Positions 52,710 to 62,837 of a DNA stretch of 64,000 nucleotides are shown piece after piece. The number at the start of each line of letters is the position of its first letter. Positions within the stretch are counted from its first letter, which is position 1. The notes beneath the pieces are model-generated. The model had not been told where the DNA came from and searched no databases. It saw only the letters and a program-made list of their open reading frames with translations. The stretch is taken from the NCBI GenBank assembly GCA_039815185.1, contig JBCBZT010000040.1, positions 1-64,000 of the forward strand. The letters are read 5' to 3'. The DNA is from Cyanobacteria bacterium P01_A01_bin.123 (GTDB lineage: Bacteria; Cyanobacteriota; Cyanobacteriia; Phormidesmidales; Phormidesmidaceae). The position numbers were made by a program, and so were the translations under genes.

Positions 52710-53921
52710 TTAGTCGACATTGCCATCTTCACCCTGTTGGGATTCAAATTGACAAATTGTCTCCGGTTGAACAGGGCAAGTGCGATCGCGCAGCGGATTG
52801 CCAGCAACATCAAGAAAAGTCAAGCGCTGCAATTCTGATAGCGGCTGTATATCTTCGATTTGATTATTGCTTAGAAATAGTCGTTCCAAGTTATTGAGTG
52901 TCGATAATGGCTGCACGTCCACAATTTGATTATCGTTGAGGTAAAGCTGTTTCAGATTGGTTAAGTCTGCTAATGGCTGTACATCTACGATTTGGTTATC
53001 ACTAAGGCTCAGCCATCTAAGATTGTTCAAGGTTGATAGCGATTGCACGTCTATGATTTGGTTGTTGCCAGAGGCAAGCCATCCCAGCTGAGTCAAGGTT
53101 GATAGCGGTTGTATATCCACGATTTGATTATCGCTGAGGTCTAGCCATGCTAAATTTTCTAGCAGGGCTAGGGTCTGGATATCTGAGATTTGATTGTGGT
53201 CTAGATAAAGCCATTCTAAATTTACTAACGGGCCTAAAGACTGTATGTTCTCAATTTGATTGAAACTCAGATAAAGGCGTTCAAGCTTTTCTAGTGCTGC
53301 TAATGGCGATACGTCTACAACTTGATTATCATCGACGCTTAGCCAGGTGAGATTACTGAGTACAGCTAAGGGCTCCACATCTACAATCTGATTTCCAGTG
53401 AGCACAAGCTGCTCTAAATTGTTGAGTGTTGCTAGCGGTTGCACATTCACAATTTGATTGTTATTTAGGTGCAGCCAGGTTAGATTCGTCAGTCCAGTGA
53501 GGGGGGCTACATCTACGACCTGATTGTTATCAATGGCAAATCCCGTTAGATTCGTTAATTGGGCTAGGGGGCGTAAATCCACAATTTGACCCCCATCGAT
53601 TCGAATCTTGGTCAAATTAGGCAACGTTGATAGGGGCTGCAAATCTACAATGTGACTCCCTGAAAGATTGAACTCGGTTAAGTCACTCAGGATTTCATCA
53701 GCGCGATCGCAGTCTTGCGTGCCTGCTGTCCACAACAATGCCTCAACGATATGGCGAGCACCTGGGGTCAGGTCTATTTTATGCTCACACCAATCGGCAA
53801 AACGCATCAATGTATCGGGATTAGGTTGAGCAGCAACCTCTTCAACACTCGTTCCAAGGGTTAGAACTGATAGAAGACTGCTGCCTAATAGGGCATGAAG
53901 ATTTACTTTAAATCTTTTCAT
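52710..53921 (-). CDS. Secreted internalin-like leucine-rich repeat protein
   Basis: Signal peptide; Cys cap (FADWC...TQDC); about 13 22-aa L.L..NQI.D..PL..L.NL repeats. Confidence 0.92.
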   Translation of the reverse strand: MKRFKVNLHALLGSSLLSVLTLGTSVEEVAAQPNPDTLMRFADWCEHKIDLTPGARHIVEALLWTAGTQDCDRADEILSDLTEFNLSGSHIVDLQPLSTLPNLTKIRIDGGQIVDLRPLAQLTNLTGFAIDNNQVVDVAPLTGLTNLTWLHLNNNQIVNVQPLATLNNLEQLVLTGNQIVDVEPLAVLSNLTWLSVDDNQVVDVSPLAALEKLERLYLSFNQIENIQSLGPLVNLEWLYLDHNQISDIQTLALLENLAWLDLSDNQIVDIQPLSTLTQLGWLASGNNQIIDVQSLSTLNNLRWLSLSDNQIVDVQPLADLTNLKQLYLNDNQIVDVQPLSTLNNLERLFLSNNQIEDIQPLSELQRLTFLDVAGNPLRDRTCPVQPETICQFESQQGEDGNVD

Positions 53922-54075
53922 AGATATAATCCCTTAACTCTATCGGACTTCATCTCAAAAACAGATGATTCCGAATAGAAGTCTATAGTTTTCCAAGGTG
54001 CGATCGCGGTCTGACAATCACGCACCAATCAGTGCTATATCGGCAAAGAGGATGAGGGGATAGAGGTACGATGAC

Positions 54076-54456
54076 TTACTTCATGTCATAAATCACCCGA
54101 TTTTTCTCAATCTGATGCAAGTTTTTTTCCGCCCATAACTTGGCAGCTTGAACAATAGGCACCACACTTTTTCCCAGCTCACTCAGTCGATATTCCACCT
54201 TTAGCGGCAGCGTATCTGCATACAACGTTCGGATCACCAACCCATCCCGCTCCAGTTTCCGTAAAGTCTGGGTCAGCATTTTTTGCGAAATGCCTTCACA
54301 GACACGCTTCAATTCACCAAAGCGCATCACTTGATCATCTAGTGCTCCAATAATTAGCGACACCCACTTTTCGCCAATCAGCGCCAAAACTTCTCTAGAT
54401 GGGCAGATCGCCGCATAAACATTGGGCCTCAGCTCTGTATTTCGATCGTCAACCAT
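54076..54456 (-). CDS. HxlR-family transcriptional regulator
   Basis: CPSREVL.LIGEKW, RFGEL, ISQKMLTQTLRKLERDGLV and VEYRLSELG motifs. Confidence 0.93.
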   Translation of the reverse strand: MVDDRNTELRPNVYAAICPSREVLALIGEKWVSLIIGALDDQVMRFGELKRVCEGISQKMLTQTLRKLERDGLVIRTLYADTLPLKVEYRLSELGKSVVPIVQAAKLWAEKNLHQIEKNRVIYDMK

Positions 54457-54460
54457 GGTA

Positions 54461-54476
54461 GTTACCTCTAGGTACC
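54461..54476. promoter_or_regulatory. Possible HxlR operator dyad
   Basis: GTTACC-TCTA-GGTACC in the short divergent HxlR/reductase intergenic region. Confidence 0.35.
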
Positions 54477-54540
54477 TAGTTTACATCAGATACCGTCATG
54501 GCTATAGTGCATGACATCAGACTGCATTGGGAGGTGACTG

Positions 54541-55155
54541 ATGAAAATCGCAATTTTAGGATTTGGCAACGTCGGCCAAAAATTTGCTGAGCTGTTTAAT
54601 AAAGCGGGCCATGAGGTCATCATCGGTTTACGGTCTACCCCTGCCCAGGAACTGCCCTATCCTTCTGCCTCTTTCAAAGCTGCTGCTGATTTGGCAGACG
54701 CAGTCGCGCTGGCAATTCCTTTCAACGCCTGTGCCAAGGTATTACCCGAGCTGGCAGACGTGACAAAGGGCAAAATTATTATCGACAGCACTAATCCACT
54801 CAACGATGATTGGTCGCCAAAACTACTCGGCCAAGAAAATTCAGCGGGTGAAGCGGTCAGTCGCTTGTTGCCAGAGGCGTACATCGTTAAAGCATTCAAC
54901 ACCATCTTTGCCGATGCGATGGGGAAATCAGTGGGGTATGGACAGCCGATCACCGCTTTTATCGCTGGGGATAACGAGGGGGCCAAACAAACAGTTATTA
55001 CGCTGGCCAAAGATATCGGTTACGCCCCGCTTGATACCGGGCCGCTTTACACAGCCCGTTATCTAGAAAGCATGGCTCACCTCAATATTCAGATCGCGGT
55101 TGGTCAGGGCGGCGGCACGAATGCTGCATTTATTTATAGCGCGATCGCCAGTTGA
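54541..55155 (+). CDS. NADPH-dependent F420 reductase-like oxidoreductase
   Basis: ILGFGNVG Rossmann motif, IIDSTNP, VKAFNT, IAGD and ARYLE. Confidence 0.9.
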   Translation: MKIAILGFGNVGQKFAELFNKAGHEVIIGLRSTPAQELPYPSASFKAAADLADAVALAIPFNACAKVLPELADVTKGKIIIDSTNPLNDDWSPKLLGQENSAGEAVSRLLPEAYIVKAFNTIFADAMGKSVGYGQPITAFIAGDNEGAKQTVITLAKDIGYAPLDTGPLYTARYLESMAHLNIQIAVGQGGGTNAAFIYSAIAS

Positions 55156-55214
55156 TCCAGACGCAATCGTAATGTATGAAGCAGCGGCCCTACATAATTT
55201 TGGATTGGGAGATG

Positions 55215-56069
55215 TCATTGTGTTTCCGTTTGATAGGAACACCAGTCGCTCCATCCCCCCACGTAAAGCTTAGCCATCGGCAATCCGGCTACCTGCTGCG
55301 ACAGCAAGTTCACGCAAGCAGTCACGCCAGAACCGCAATAGACAATCACCTCATCTGCCGATTCTAGAGTTGTCCAGTGCTGTTGCAGGTCATTGGGCGA
55401 TCGCAGTTTGCCCGCTTCGTTACTCACGCCTTTCCAAAAATAGTTGACCGCACCGGGGATACTGCCTGCAATCGGATCAATCGGTTCTTGTTCACCACGG
55501 TAGCGCTCCGGCGATCGCGAATCGATTAGCACCGTATCGGCCCGATCTTTGCGGGCTTTGACGGTCTCAATATCGACGATCCGATTGGGTTGGGGCCGAC
55601 CGACAAAATTGCCTGAACCAGCTTCAGGGACTGCATCCGTTAACGCAAATCCTGCTGCCGTCCAGCCTTGGATACCGCCATCCAGCACTGCCACATGAGT
55701 GTGACCCAGGTAGTTCAGCAACCACCACAGTCGTGAGGCAAAGGCAAAGCGAGAATCGTCGTAAGCAATCACCCAAGACGGCGGGTCAGCATTGATCCCC
55801 AGCGATCGCAGTTTGGTTTGAAACGCAGCTAAATCCGGTAGCGGGTGTCGTCCGCCGTGGGGCTGTACCGGGCTAGAAAGATCGCGGTTGAGATCTAGGT
55901 AATGAGCATCCGGTAAATGACCTTCAGCGTATTGACGCTGTCCCAGCGCTGGGTCAGACAAGGCAAAGCGACAGTCCACAATGACCAGTCGTTTAGCAGT
56001 CTCGGGATCGGCTAGTCCGTTAGCCAGCCAGGTCGGGGACACGATGGGAACAGGTAAGGACTGGGTCAT
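55215..56069 (-). CDS. Tandem-rhodanese sulfurtransferase (SseA type)
   Basis: GHLP, GGRHPLP, IDSRS.ERY.G, YCGSGVTAC and LYVGGWSDW motifs. Confidence 0.92.
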   Translation of the reverse strand: MTQSLPVPIVSPTWLANGLADPETAKRLVIVDCRFALSDPALGQRQYAEGHLPDAHYLDLNRDLSSPVQPHGGRHPLPDLAAFQTKLRSLGINADPPSWVIAYDDSRFAFASRLWWLLNYLGHTHVAVLDGGIQGWTAAGFALTDAVPEAGSGNFVGRPQPNRIVDIETVKARKDRADTVLIDSRSPERYRGEQEPIDPIAGSIPGAVNYFWKGVSNEAGKLRSPNDLQQHWTTLESADEVIVYCGSGVTACVNLLSQQVAGLPMAKLYVGGWSDWCSYQTETQ

Positions 56070-57706
56070 GGGGCAGCACGGGTGAGCAACGGGGCAGCTT
56101 GGAGTAGGGTGCGGGTGTAGGGATGGCTGGGTTGGGTAAATAGCGTTTCGGTGGGGCCGATTTCAACGATTTTGCCCGCCTGCATGACTGCGATCCGATT
56201 GCAGAGGTAGCGGGCTACCCACAGGTCATGGGTAATAAATAGATAAGTTAGATCAAATTCGGTTTTGAGATCGAGCATCAGCTGCAACACTTGGGCTTGA
56301 ATGCTGGCGTCGAGCATGCTGACCGGTTCATCACAGATCAGCAGTTTAGGTTGGGTGATTAAAGCGCGGGCGATCGCGACCCGCTGTTGCTGCCCCCCAG
56401 ACAGATCGCCCGGAAAACGCTGATAATAGTCTTCGGTAGGGGTGAGCCCCACCAGCTTTAACATGGTGTGAACCTTAATTTTGGCATCAGCCAGCGTCGT
56501 CAAACCGTGGATCAGCAAGGGATCGGCAATGCCCCGTCCCACCGTCATCATCGGGTTAAGACAGGCATGGGGATCTTGAAACACCATCTGAATTTCTCGC
56601 CGCTTTTGCAGCATTTCCCGCCGTGAAAGGCCAGTCAGGTCCTCACCCAGAAATTCAATTTGCCCTGAGGTAGGCGGCACTAGCTGCAAGATGGTGCGCG
56701 ACAGCGTGCTTTTGCCGCAGCCTGATTCACCGACGAGACCCAAAATTTCCCCGGGCATCACCTCGAAAGACACGCTGTCTACGGCTTTGATGGTTTCATT
56801 GGGTTTGCCTCCAAACCAACGGGCCAAAGGGTTTTGCTCTAGGGTGTAGTGTTTTTTGACGTCGTTAAGACGCAGCAAAGGGTGTTGGACTGTTTGGACG
56901 TCTGGAACCGGAGGAGCTTCATCGACTGCCTGAATCTGCAGAGCGGATTCTAGCAGCGATCGCGTATAGTCGTGCTTGGGAGTCTGCAAAACCGTTTCAG
57001 TCGATCCGATTTCGACCACTTTCCCTTGGTACATCACCGCCACCCGATCGCAGTATTCTGCCACCAACGCCAAATCATGGGAAATCAAGATCAGCGCCAT
57101 CTGCCGTTCTGCACACAGCCGAGTCAGTTCCTGCAAAATCTGGGCTGACACGGTCACATCCAGGCTCGTCGTTGGCTCATCGGCCACAATCAGCTTGGGA
57201 TTGAGTAACAGCGCCAACGCGATCGCAACCCGCTGGCGCATGCCACCGCTAAACTCATGGGGATACTGGCTCCACCGTTCTGCTGGAATGTTGACAGCGG
57301 CTAGGGTCGCGATCGCCCGCGCTTTAGCCGCCTGACGTGATAATCCTGATTCATGGGCCAGCAGGGTTTCTACGCAATGCTCGCCAATGGTCATGAGCGG
57401 ATCGAGCCGGGTCATCGGATCCTGAAATATCAGGGACACCGCTTCCCCGCGAAACCGTCTCAAGCGTTTTGGGGAGAACTCAAAAATGGCGTCTCCTTCA
57501 AACTGGGCCGCGCCTTCAATTTTGGTTTGAGACGGCATCAATCGCAGAGCAGCACGCCCCAGGGTTGATTTGCCACAGCCTGATTCTCCGACCAGCCCCA
57601 ACCGCTCCCCTGCTTGGAGCGTCAAAGACACCCCATCAACAGCCCAGAGCGTCTGCCCTGGATAGGCAACGCGTAATGCTTCGATAGCAAACAAGGGTTG
57701 GGTCAT
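56066..57706 (-). CDS. Dipeptide/oligopeptide ABC ATPase with two fused NBDs
   Basis: Two GESGCGKS motifs; FSGGMRQR and LSGGQQQR signatures. Confidence 0.93.
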   Translation of the reverse strand: MTQPLFAIEALRVAYPGQTLWAVDGVSLTLQAGERLGLVGESGCGKSTLGRAALRLMPSQTKIEGAAQFEGDAIFEFSPKRLRRFRGEAVSLIFQDPMTRLDPLMTIGEHCVETLLAHESGLSRQAAKARAIATLAAVNIPAERWSQYPHEFSGGMRQRVAIALALLLNPKLIVADEPTTSLDVTVSAQILQELTRLCAERQMALILISHDLALVAEYCDRVAVMYQGKVVEIGSTETVLQTPKHDYTRSLLESALQIQAVDEAPPVPDVQTVQHPLLRLNDVKKHYTLEQNPLARWFGGKPNETIKAVDSVSFEVMPGEILGLVGESGCGKSTLSRTILQLVPPTSGQIEFLGEDLTGLSRREMLQKRREIQMVFQDPHACLNPMMTVGRGIADPLLIHGLTTLADAKIKVHTMLKLVGLTPTEDYYQRFPGDLSGGQQQRVAIARALITQPKLLICDEPVSMLDASIQAQVLQLMLDLKTEFDLTYLFITHDLWVARYLCNRIAVMQAGKIVEIGPTETLFTQPSHPYTRTLLQAAPLLTRAAP

Positions 57707-57725
57707 CGTTGGGTCTATGCGGGAT

Positions 57726-58307
57726 CTATTCCCCATCAAAACGACGCATCAAATAGGCTACGCCATAGTCGCCATTGGGATGATGTTCAAGTTGGTCAGC
57801 CAGGTCAAATACTTTTTTGGCCAGGTCTTCTCCCAGCTTTTCAATCGTGGCTTGACGCTCCCGTTCGCCCTGTTCAAGTTCGCGTAGATGGGCTTGCCAG
57901 TCGCTGGAAAATAATGCTTCTAAGTGGGTGTGAAACCCTAAAAGCTGGAGGATTTGCCATTCACCGCGATCGCACCACATCCCCCAACAGTTGGGGCAGC
58001 GTTCTACATAGAAAGCTGTATTTTTCAAGGCGACCCGACTGCGGGCTAAATAATGCTTGCAATTGGGGCAAAGGGCCGCGCGATTATCCAATCGAGAGGG
58101 AGAAAACGCTACCTCTAATGTGCTGGGCAATATCCGGATTGTGGGTTTCGAATCCGCTGGGTTCACCGCAGCTTGCCACTCAGTATAGTGCTCTGGGGAT
58201 AGCCAAAAGCCTTCACATTCGGGACAGCTATACCCCTTGGGGCCTTCTGGTAATTGCCCGTCTGCTAAGGATATATCACTTTGTTTTGGGCACTGCACCA
58301 ATCCCAC
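57726..58307 (-). CDS. zf-TFIIB zinc-ribbon domain protein
   Basis: CPK...CPECEGFWL and CPNC...CPNCWGMWCDRGEW. Confidence 0.85.
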   Translation of the reverse strand: MGLVQCPKQSDISLADGQLPEGPKGYSCPECEGFWLSPEHYTEWQAAVNPADSKPTIRILPSTLEVAFSPSRLDNRAALCPNCKHYLARSRVALKNTAFYVERCPNCWGMWCDRGEWQILQLLGFHTHLEALFSSDWQAHLRELEQGERERQATIEKLGEDLAKKVFDLADQLEHHPNGDYGVAYLMRRFDGE

Positions 58308-58380
58308 GCTCCTTTTTCGCCTTTAATGATTAAACCATTGATTAAACCAATGTCTGGTCAATGTCTGGGCGAAGTGAATC

Positions 58381-58740
58381 TCATGCAGGCAACACCAGTT
58401 GACATAGCCCTTTCAATTGCTCAATCCGTTGGCGAATTTGAGCTTGTCGTTGTTGCTGTGTAGCTGTTTGACGGGCCGCTCGCAAGAAACTGACATCATT
58501 ACCCAGTAAACGCATCAATCGATTCATCTCAGTTTGGCAGCGTTGCAACTGTTGGCTGGCTTCAACAGCTAAGCCTTCTGGCTGGAGTGGCATAATTTGC
58601 TGCTGGAACTGTTGTTGATAGGTCAAGAAGACTCCCTGTAAGGCTGCACAGTCTGGATTTGCCTGGGTCGCCATTTGCGTGATGCGATCGAGCTGGTTCG
58701 CAAACTCTGTGAAGATCCGTTGATTATCAGGCGACAACAT
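58381..58740 (-). CDS. patD: PatD (heterocyst frequency control family)
   Basis: QTEMNRLMRLL..D..FL.AARQ..T...R...I..R...L...C pattern; divergent from rel. Confidence 0.75.
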   Translation of the reverse strand: MLSPDNQRIFTEFANQLDRITQMATQANPDCAALQGVFLTYQQQFQQQIMPLQPEGLAVEASQQLQRCQTEMNRLMRLLGNDVSFLRAARQTATQQQRQAQIRQRIEQLKGLCQLVLPA

Positions 58741-59189
58741 TAAAAGATTACCTAAACCTGCTGGCGTGTATTTTATCCTTCTCACCGGGCTGGAACTGCC
58801 TGATTAGCTAGCAAAATTTCTAGTTTACGTGAACCCCAAGCTTTGCCTCCAGAAGTTAGCAGGAACATTTAATCTTCCTAGAAATCCAATAAAGAAAGAC
58901 AGCGGCTCCAGGTTTGTTTATTATTGTAAATAACCTCAATTTCTAAAGTATCGACAGAGTTGCAATCAGTTTTGCAACGTTGAATTGTCTTCAGAGCTGT
59001 TGTGAATTAACTTCAAACCCACAGAGCAGTGCTTTTAGACCTCAGATTGATGGGGTGATACACTGTCTTTCCATAAGTTCCTTCCCGCAATCCGGCGCTA
59101 ACCCAGGTGAGTTGCCGAGATGGTGGGGCAGGGGCAGTTTTTCATATCTGTCAGCCCACTTGAATGCTTATGATCGCCCGATAACTTCT

Positions 59190-61511
59190 ATGGCGTTACT
59201 CCCTATGACCCCTGTCGCAATCGCACCGACTATCCCCACCGACTGTACTCTACCCGACTGGTTAGAGTCCTGTATTGTCAGCCAGCAACAAGTTGTCAAT
59301 GGTGAATCCATTGATCCAGCTGTTGACTGTGATGATGCGCGCTGTAGAAGCGCCTTAGTTTGCCGTGCCTTTGAGTTTGCCTACAAACTTCATCAGGGAC
59401 AATATCGGGCGTCAGGGGAACCCTATATCTGTCATCCCGTTGCAGTGGCGGGGCTACTACGGGATTTAGGGGGCGATAGCGCCATGATTGCGGCTGGTTT
59501 TCTCCACGATGTTGTTGAGGATACAGATGTCACGCCAGAAGAGATCGAAGCTAACTTTGGCGAAGAGGTGCGGCAGCTGGTGGAGGGGGTCACCAAGCTG
59601 TCAAAGTTCAATTTTCACAGCAAAACTGAGCGACAGGCGGAAAATTTCCGGCGAATGTTTTTAGCCATGGCTCAAGACATTCGAGTGATTGTGGTGAAGC
59701 TGGCTGACCGCCTGCACAACATGCGGACGTTAGAGCATCTCGCCCCTGTGAAACAAACCCGCATTGCCCGCGAAACCCTGGAAATTTTTGCCCCGCTAGC
59801 CAATCGTTTGGGGATCGGACGGTTCAAGTGGGAGCTCGAAGATATCTCGTTTAAATATCTCGAACCCGATGCCTATCGCCAGATGCAAGAACATGTGTCT
59901 GAGAAACGCACCGATCGAGAAGATCGGCTCAAACAGGTGGCTGAAACCCTACGCGATCGCTTGGCGAATTTGGGGGTTCACTGTGTGGAAGTCAGCAGCC
60001 GCCCCAAGCATTTGTACGGCATCTATCGCAAGATGCAGCGACAGCAAAAAGACTTCAACGAAATCTATGACGTTGCCGCCATTCGGCTAATCGTGAGCAA
60101 CAACGAAGAATGCTACCGGGCATTGGCTGTGGTTCACGATGCCTTTCGCCCCATTCCGGGTCGATTCAAAGATTACATCGGCTTACCCAAACCTAATCGC
60201 TACCAGTCGCTTCATACGGTGGTGATTGGGCACCACGGCAGACCGATTGAAGTACAGATTCGTACCCTGGAGATGCACCACATTGCTGAATATGGGATTG
60301 CGGCCCACTGGAAATATAAGGAAGCTGGCAACTCTAGCAATACCCGCCTAACCGCAGACGACGAAAAATTTACCTGGTTGCGGCAACTTCTAGAATGGCA
60401 AAGTGATCTTAAAGATGCCCGCGAATTTCTTGAAGATGTCAAAGGCAACCTGTTCGACGAAGAGGTTTATGTCTTCACGCCCAACGGCGACTTGATTCCT
60501 TTACCCCACGGTTCGACCCCAGTCGATTTTGCCTATCGTATCCATACTGAGGTGGGCAATCACTGTGCGGGTGCCAAGGTGAACGGTCGCATTGTCACGC
60601 TAGACACCCAACTGCAAAACGGCGACATTGTTGAAATCATCACCCAGAAGAACGGCCATCCCAGCCTCGACTGGCTCAACTTTGTGAGAACCGCCGGGGC
60701 CCGCAACCGGATTCGCCAGTGGTATAAACGCTCTCATAGAGATGAAAACGTTGCCCGGGGTCGAGCCATGCTTGAGAAGGCGCTGGGTAAAAACGGTTTT
60801 GAATCCCTACTCAAGTCTGAACCTGCTCAAGCGACTGCTGAGCGTTGCAACTACCCCACCGTTGACGATTTGTTAGCCGGACTAGGATACGGCGAAGTGA
60901 CGCTCAATCTTGTCGTTAACCGTCTGCGTGAAGCCGTAAAAGCCCAGCAGCCCATCGAATCCACGATTCCCACAGACCATGATCGCGAGAGTGACGAAGT
61001 CCTTTTAGCCTCAGCCATCACTGCGCCGCCTCGTCCCACTACGCCTAATTCTGATGCACCGATTTTAGGCGTTGAAGGGCTCTTGCACCATATGGCTGGA
61101 TGCTGTAACCCGCTGCCTGGAGAACCCATTATTGGTGCAGTATCTTTAGGAAGTCGGGGCATCAGCATCCATCGCCAGCGCTGCCCTAATGTGGAGCAGG
61201 TGCCTGGTGAGCGGTTGATCCCCGTTAGTTGGAACTTTGTGGATACTAATGGTGGGAGACTCCCAACCTATCCTGTACAAATCAAGGTTGAGGTCATTGA
61301 TCGAGTCGGGGTTTTAAAGGATATTCTGTTCCACTTGTCAGATTTAGGAATCAATGTTCACAACGCCAATGTCAAAACCTTCCCCGGGCAAACCGCTGAA
61401 ATCGGGTTAGGCATTGACGTGCGCGATCACGCCCAGTTAGAGCGGACATTCAACCAAGTCCGCAAGATGACGGACGTGTTGAAACTGTGGCGCGTGAGTG
61501 AAGTTGATTAG
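59190..61511 (+). CDS. rel: Bifunctional (p)ppGpp synthetase/hydrolase Rel
   Basis: R.SGEPY, LHDVVEDT, KLADRLHNMR, RPKH, KPNRYQSLH and EVQIRT; TGS, CC and ACT domains. The ORF extends to 58980. Confidence 0.97.
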   Translation: MALLPMTPVAIAPTIPTDCTLPDWLESCIVSQQQVVNGESIDPAVDCDDARCRSALVCRAFEFAYKLHQGQYRASGEPYICHPVAVAGLLRDLGGDSAMIAAGFLHDVVEDTDVTPEEIEANFGEEVRQLVEGVTKLSKFNFHSKTERQAENFRRMFLAMAQDIRVIVVKLADRLHNMRTLEHLAPVKQTRIARETLEIFAPLANRLGIGRFKWELEDISFKYLEPDAYRQMQEHVSEKRTDREDRLKQVAETLRDRLANLGVHCVEVSSRPKHLYGIYRKMQRQQKDFNEIYDVAAIRLIVSNNEECYRALAVVHDAFRPIPGRFKDYIGLPKPNRYQSLHTVVIGHHGRPIEVQIRTLEMHHIAEYGIAAHWKYKEAGNSSNTRLTADDEKFTWLRQLLEWQSDLKDAREFLEDVKGNLFDEEVYVFTPNGDLIPLPHGSTPVDFAYRIHTEVGNHCAGAKVNGRIVTLDTQLQNGDIVEIITQKNGHPSLDWLNFVRTAGARNRIRQWYKRSHRDENVARGRAMLEKALGKNGFESLLKSEPAQATAERCNYPTVDDLLAGLGYGEVTLNLVVNRLREAVKAQQPIESTIPTDHDRESDEVLLASAITAPPRPTTPNSDAPILGVEGLLHHMAGCCNPLPGEPIIGAVSLGSRGISIHRQRCPNVEQVPGERLIPVSWNFVDTNGGRLPTYPVQIKVEVIDRVGVLKDILFHLSDLGINVHNANVKTFPGQTAEIGLGIDVRDHAQLERTFNQVRKMTDVLKLWRVSEVD

Positions 61512-61516
61512 GGCTT

Positions 61517-62485
61517 CTAGCAGCAGCCCCCCCCGTCGTAGAACCAGGTGGACGGGGTGATGACAATCTCATTGGGGAATGTAGCCGCTAATTTGGCAGC
61601 CGTTTTGTCACATACCGCTAAGGGAGTGCCCCGCTGCATGATGTGTCCGGCGTTGTCATCGATGTAGTCGTTACCCCCCCCATAAATCGCGGTTTTACCT
61701 GTAAAAATGCAGGCTCCATCATCGGGGATCGGCACCTTGAATGAGACCGAATCTAAGCTCTCTAGCAATAGTGCTTGATCAAGGTTGTAGGTGAGTGAGT
61801 CTAATAAACGATAGGGTCGACGAGCTCGAATTTCAACTTGGCCGAAGCCAACATCGATCAAGGCTTGCGTATAGTCTTCATAAGTCAGCGCTCCCGATAG
61901 ACACAAGGCTCGCAACCGCTCATCTTGCTGGAGATGTTGTGGCATGGGGCGGGTAGCAATGGGATCACTCATGATCAGACGACCCCCTGGTTTGATCACT
62001 CGGTAGGCTTCTTTGAGGGCAAGGGCTAAGTCTGCAGGCTCAAAAATGTTAAATAGACAGTTTTGAGCCATGACATCTACAGAGCTGTCTGGCAGTGGCA
62101 GATTAAACGCATCGCCATCGCGGATATCGATAAAGCTGGGGTCAAACCAATCATTCTTTTCTGCAGCGGCCTTTAAGTTGCGGTGAGCTGCAGTTCGCAT
62201 CGCCTCGACTGGATCAACGGCAATCACAGCACCAGGTCGCCGCGAAAAATAGGCAAATTGCAGTGCCTCAAGACCACCGCCAACCCCAACATAAAGTATC
62301 GTAGGCTCGCCCGATAGCTCAGCTGGGTGGACTGTCGTACCACAGCCATAATTCATGTCTTGCATCAGCTTGGGCACGGTTAACCCAGGTAATTGTAATG
62401 GGGTGCTTTGCACACAGCAGAGCCCTACCATCGGATCTTCGGCAACGTCGCTGTAAAACTGGGCTGTGGTTTCGAGATAGCTCAT
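61517..62485 (-). CDS. arsM: Arsenite methyltransferase ArsM (cyanobacterial arsenosugar type)
   Basis: GLCC, MNYGCG, YVGVGGG, QNCLFN, CLSG, VCDKTA and C-terminal GGGCC. Confidence 0.85.
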   Translation of the reverse strand: MSYLETTAQFYSDVAEDPMVGLCCVQSTPLQLPGLTVPKLMQDMNYGCGTTVHPAELSGEPTILYVGVGGGLEALQFAYFSRRPGAVIAVDPVEAMRTAAHRNLKAAAEKNDWFDPSFIDIRDGDAFNLPLPDSSVDVMAQNCLFNIFEPADLALALKEAYRVIKPGGRLIMSDPIATRPMPQHLQQDERLRALCLSGALTYEDYTQALIDVGFGQVEIRARRPYRLLDSLTYNLDQALLLESLDSVSFKVPIPDDGACIFTGKTAIYGGGNDYIDDNAGHIMQRGTPLAVCDKTAAKLAATFPNEIVITPSTWFYDGGGCC

Positions 62486-62837
62486 TCAACTCTCCTAACT
62501 TGGAATATGAAATGCGGGGTTACCCCAGTCTCGCAGGATTAACTTTGAAGTCTTTGAAAGTCATATGATATGCAGCTTAACGCTAATAAAGCTTGCCGCC
62601 CGCAAGTATAGTGCTGACCAGATTGCTTAATGCACCGGGTATCGCTGGGATGCTCAGCCCACAAACAATCTGGCTCGCCGTAGCGACAAGGCTTTGTCGC
62701 TACGGCGATAAACCTGAGTCAGGAATTTTTAAGATCCCCCAGGATTTTAGCCAATTGATTGGGTTGCAAAAACGTACAAGACAGCGATCGCTCCACCTCT
62801 TTAAACTAGGGAGATCAAATGTATTTCTATTGCCTCT

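Noticed and set aside
52830..53680. 66-bp periodic repeats
   Set aside because: Explained by the 22-aa LRR coding units.
57698..58333. 211-aa plus-strand ORF
   Set aside because: Antisense shadow of the zf-TFIIB gene with no recognisable motifs. The same applies to most short nested ORFs in the track.
58327..58369. Short tandem duplications (TGATTAAACCA x2, AATGTCTGG x2; similar 15-bp pair at 22889-22918)
   Set aside because: Typical slippage duplications with no supporting context.
58980..59189. 70-aa N-terminal extension of Rel
   Set aside because: TTG start and no RSH homology; more likely 5' UTR/promoter.
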